Assembly: GCF_009914755.1 (NCBI RefSeq)
Contig: NC_060932.1
Origin: the human T2T-CHM13v2.0 reference genome, Homo sapiens
DNA: 64,000 bases
Reading direction: 5' to 3' (one strand)
Made by a program: the position numbers and the translations under genes. The notes beneath the pieces are model-generated. The model saw nothing but the letters and a program-made list of their open reading frames with translations. It did not search any database and was not told the origin of the DNA. Positions 58,401 to 64,000 of this stretch are shown piece by piece. The stretch's first letter is position 1. The number at the start of each line of letters is the position of its first letter.

Positions 58401-60799
58401 CATTATCAAATGAAGCCCACTTCTACTCCATGCTCTAGTCAAAATAATTATTTCTTTATCAATTTATAAAAACATGTTCACATCTGTGACTTGAGTGAAA
58501 TTCCAGAAACTCTTTGCACCTATTGCCACTGATACATTATGAAGGCAAAATACATCCCGGGGATGTTTTCTTAACTACATTGTTAGTACTGTAGATGGGT
58601 AAAATTAATGCAGCCGATGTCATTTCATTTTTTTTCTTTCATTATTTGTAATCATCCTGATGGTTGAGTAATACAGAGTATAGTCTAGACAGCAGCTGCA
58701 AAACATGCACACACATATACACACTCCAGAACATGTGGCTTCATTAAGGAAGTAATCAATACTCATCAGCATTCATTGCCCACTTATCACTGGGACATAT
58801 TCTAGGAAGGCAGGAATTATCCTGCTCTCTCCATATCCATTTTTTGAGAAACTTCTTACTAAGCACACCAACTGAGGACATAGAAAAGGATAAAATATTA
58901 CAGTAGAGTGGAAGGTCATGCCCTGTCTACTAATAGCATCAGGCTAAAAGATTCCCTACTGGGGGTAATAAAATGAAGAAAGATGAGAGGTTTATTAATT
59001 GAATCTCTTCCAGGATGTGAGTACAGCTGCCTCTTGGTGATGAACTTGACTTCTCTGTTGCCTGTGATGCTCCAAACAAAGAATGATTACTAGGTGTCAC
59101 CTGGCACTAAGTTTAAAGCAGACAGTAAACCTTGATTAACCAGAAACATAAACCTATCAGAACTTTTTATAGCTTATGACTTCAGGGGAAAAGCATGGGT
59201 CATAGGGAAACTCAATTATTTTAAGATTTACTCAAAGAATGTGCGTGTCATGCCCTGGAGTCAGGGCAGACTCAACTGTATTTCCTATGCGTTGTCCAAA
59301 AGAAACCAGGGCAGGGGTCTGGATGTTATGATGTTCTCAAGGCATAACAATACTTTCAACCTCCAAAGAAAGATTTCATTTTGTTCAAAATATTAAAGTT
59401 GCTGAGTTGCTGAGGCAGAGAGGTTGAAACACACATTTTTGGATAGATGTTACAGCAACAAAAAGCATTCAGACTTTCCCATTAAGTAAGGAAATAATTT
59501 CATCAAAACATCTCAGTTCTTCCACTTTCTGCCCATTATCTCCCAAAGGAAAATAAAATGTCTATGTAGATGAAAGATTAGCAGTGCTAAGTGAGTGGTG
59601 GCCTTTATTTCACTGTGGGTAGAGCTTGTGCTGAGGAAGTCTCCTCTCTCCTCCTCCTTCTCCAGTTATCATAGTCCATCAGGACTCTGGTACCACTGCT
59701 GGTTTACAGTCAACATTTTCAATATTGCTTTGATGGAGCTGTATTGATTATATATCATCTACTTATTTGTGACAAACACCTTCTGAGCACGCACTCTGAA
59801 CATAGAGAGCAAAACACAGAGATGTTCACCATGCAAATGAGGATATAGGTTTACGGTGAGATACTCTCCAATTCACTGGGACGGGCAAGGACAGAGTACT
59901 TGGGGTGCACAGAAGTTGTGCAAATTCACAGTACCCTTGGGGTTGGGAATCAGGTGTGCTCAGGGAACATTTCATAAAAAGTCATTTGGGCTCAGAATTG
60001 GTCACCAGCCTACCCCAGCCCCACTCTCATCAGGCAAAGTCACCTTGCCTTTGTGTTCCTCAATTTCCTACTCTAGGCAGATGGTGAGATTATTTACATG
60101 CATTGTCACCCCTTTTTACCATTTTACCTCTTTTCAATGGAAATGTCTTCCTGGAATAGGAAGAATGTAGGCATGATGATGTCCCTACTGTAGTGGGGAA
60201 ACCCTGCAGGCCACAGGCTAATAATACAACAATCAATGCTGGGGCTGCCTTTTGGTCAGTTTCCCTCCAGCATTAAAAGAATCCAGGAACTTAGGGACAT
60301 TTCAGAGGCCTGCTTAGAGGGGACAAAACAGACAAAATAGTAACTCCTCACATTGGTCTGTAAATAGATTCACAGGATGTAAAACAGGACATGCCTTAGA
60401 AAGTTATCAGTTTCGTGGGGCCCCCTGATAAAACACAGACTCTGCCCCCATGGCGCTATCTTCTAGAAAAGCTGCATATTTTTAGTTTTAGATACTAGTT
60501 TATGCAATTTGTTAAAACCCCTGCCTTCTCGGTGTTACATAAGATTGGCTTTGGGGGTACTTCAGGGGCTCTACCAGAGGGAATCTTAAATCAATTTACA
60601 TACGTGAAAGATAAATGGGAAAAAATGTATTGGAGGCACTGGTGGGAGCTGAAGTTGAGGTGAGGGTTGAGGGACAGAGGTTGGTATCATTCCATTGTCA
60701 GGACATTTGCACTTACTGTTCCCATTTCCTGTGGTGCCCTTCTCTTGGGTCTCATCAAGGCTGGTGCCTTCATACCCTGGGATTCACCTTAAATGGTAC

Positions 60800-61530
60800 T
60801 GATATGAACAGGAGGCAGCGAAATACAGGGTAGAAGAGGAGGGTTCCCTGGCAAAGGCCCTACCCTCAAGCCTGGAAACCCATGGCCCTAAATGAGAACA
60901 GACATTCCTGTTTTCATGCCCAAATATTCCCTTTTGGCCCACCACACCCCTTATGCTGTACCCATACAAACCTCAAACCCAAGGCTCCACAAGCAGAAGA
61001 GTGGCAGAGTGGCAGAGTGGCAGAGAAGGAGAGAAGGGAAGGAGCATCTGAACATTGAGAGGAGTTTGGCTGGGGAAGGTCAGAGAGGAGTTTGGCCACA
61101 AGACAGCCAAACTCCAGGGAAAAATCATCTTCCCACTCCATCCGCTTTCCAGCTCCCCACCCATCCAGCTGAAAGCCACCTCCATAACTCAATAAAATTC
61201 CTGCATTCACCATCCTTCAAGTTGGTTTGACCTGATTCTTCCTGGACTCCATAAAAGGACCTGGGTACCAAGAGGGCAGGGTATAAAAAGATGTCACCCT
61301 GACTCTCCACTGAGCTTGTTAACACTTAGCTGTACACAGATGGCAACTGCTGAAAGAGCATTAATTGTAACACACCCCTAGATGCTACCGTCAGGCTGGA
61401 ACCCAAAAGCACTCAATCTGGCTCCTGCAGCTGCCTGTGTGCATGCTCCCCCTTCCATAAGAGGTTTGATCAAAGGGTCCACACCCCTGTCACAAGACCC
61501 CTGAGGGGATCAAGGAACTCTCTCATCTCA
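60800..61530 (+). mobile_element. MER50 ERV1 solo LTR (inserted in L2)
   Basis: TGATATGAACAGGAGGCAGCGAAATAC...CTCATCTCA; AATAAA at 61191; perfect 4-bp TSD GTAC. Confidence 0.92.
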
Positions 61531-61838
61531 GTACCTCCTCAAAGGAGCCTTCCCTTACCATCACCATACGAGTTAGGTTACAAAAATAGCCTTCCCTGAC
61601 TACCAGCACTCTCCCTGTATCCAGAAATTATTCCTTCCCAGCACCTTGTGTCAACCATATCATTATTGTATAATGATCTTGATTGAGGGGGCTAAGTTGC
61701 TTTTGCTGTGTGTCTCCCATTAGATTGTAAATTCCATGGGGTCAGGCATATTATCAGTCTCCTTCACTGCTAAAAGCCAGTATCTTGTAAAGTGCCTGGC
61801 ACATGGTAGAGACTGAATCAGTACTTGACAAATGAGCA

Positions 61839-62385
<547 letters not shown>

Positions 62386-63870
62386 GAGTATCAGTTCAAG
62401 GAAACAGTCCAGGGCTTGGGAGGAGAAGATTTAGGGCCCTGTCCAGCATGGTGAAGCTGGCACAGCAAACTGAGTTCATTTCACATAAATGGATTTCTAA
62501 ACCAAAATGTAACTCCATCACTCACTGCTCTTTATGCTCCGAAATAAAGATGACATAAATGTTAGCCAAAAGGAGCAATGCAAGACATTGTTCAAACTGG
62601 TGTTTTGAAGAGGAAGTGAGGCCCTTTCTTCATACACATTTCATCTCTACTGGTTGGTTACAGCTACTGAACCCATGTTTTTATTTTTGTAGAACATTTA
62701 ATGATAACCTGAGTCTGCTAAGTACAATATAAATACAAAATTATACTGAATCTAAGGGATGAGACGATTATTATAATTTAAGAACCATGATAAAATAAAA
62801 TGAACATGGCATTAAAGAACTACAACTGAAGTTATTTTAGAGATAATACCACTGGGACTAATGAAGGTTAAACTTTAATTCTGTTAGAAGGACAACTTTT
62901 GAAACCCTGGAGCAAACACTTATCTATTAATACACACATTGCTGAAGGGAGTGAAATACAGTTAAAGGGGCCTTCCTTTAAGAAGATACAAGTGTTGCCT
63001 TACACTTGAAAATAAGAGCTCCCAAAAAGCTTCCTTTTGTCAGTCTCCTCTTTGGTGCAAGCACCTGGCTCCCATTTAGATAAATGAGAGGAATGTATGC
63101 TCAGCCAAAGGCTGTCTGCATCTCTGTGAATCAACATTCTGGACACTCTGCTTTTAAGTTGGCTTTTTTGAATGTTCGCTTACATATAAAATGTGGTGTG
63201 GTGTGGGAAGGGGGAAGCATTATGATATATTCAGCTGATTCCTCGGCTTCAAAGTGATTAAGTGAACTGCAACTAATTCAGGGCTCCACTTTACATTTTT
63301 GGCAAATGAGCAAATATGCAGATTCATACCAAACAGATGTATCAGCCAGTTACCCCAGTAGCAGTTCAGAAGCCAAGGGTCATTGAGTTAGTGTTCCAAT
63401 TAGTGAGGACATCGTAACAAGTATATAATTATTCTGCAACCTGTTGAGTTTTCATCTGTTATCAATTTCATTGCATTTAAGCCCAATTCAGACTGAACTT
63501 GCAGTGAACTCAGTCATTTAAAATAGAGATCTTGGATTGGCACAACTTTTGCGTCTGGCATGTGTTTTGAGGTGGTCAGGAAACTGCCTTTGAAATGGTG
63601 AAAATTTGCATTCAAATGGTCTCTCTGATTGATTAGAACGCTTTGTTGGCACTGTGATTGTGATTGTAGTAGTACTTTTCCAATATCACCATAGTAAATT
63701 GCTTCCAATGAAAAATGTGAATCCCAAATGGGAGGTGGTAGGGAGCCTGATAGATACCTTCCTTGTATTATTACTCAGTTCATTCGTTCAGCTACTCAGT
63801 CCATCCCAGAGCCCTAGGCCCTGTGCTGAGAGCACAAAAGTGCTAAGATGTGGTTTCTGTGGCTGTGGAA

Positions 63871-64000
63871 TTTTTTTATTTTGAGACAGAGTCTTATTCT
63901 GTCACCAAGGCTGGGGTGCAGTGGCATGATCATAACTCACTACAGGCTTGAACTCCTGGGCTCAAGAGATCCTCCTGCCTTAACCTCCTGAGTAACTAGG
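63871..64000 (-). mobile_element. AluJ (cut by the window edge)
   Basis: ttttgagacagagtctt...ctcctgggctcaagagatcctcc. Confidence 0.9.

Overview
Primate (catarrhine, human-like: AluY, AluS, L1PA, MER1A, Hsmar1) non-coding DNA, AT-rich and dominated by transposon relics; the species and locus cannot be determined from the sequence alone. I recognise no host protein-coding exon, RNA gene or CRISPR array. The long ORFs are L1, Alu or mariner relics, or chance frames. Content: L1 fragments of many ages (mostly + strand), about 15 Alu-family elements, MaLR/ERVL/ERV1 LTRs, hAT MITEs, a truncated Hsmar1 mariner and a 29-bp palindromic minisatellite. Points worth a second look: (1) a stop-free C-terminal Hsmar1 transposase frame with an in-frame L1-derived splice acceptor, an AATAAA and a phase-compatible upstream ATG exon on the minus strand (a speculative SETMAR-like exonisation); (2) several template-switch scars, notably a 143-bp templated insertion with a fold-back; (3) an E-box-dense minisatellite; (4) two probable deletion junctions; (5) a 928-bp LTR-like insertion I cannot classify. 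Subfamily names come from recall of consensus sequences and need Dfam/RepeatMasker confirmation. Boundaries without a target-site duplication (TSD) are approximate.
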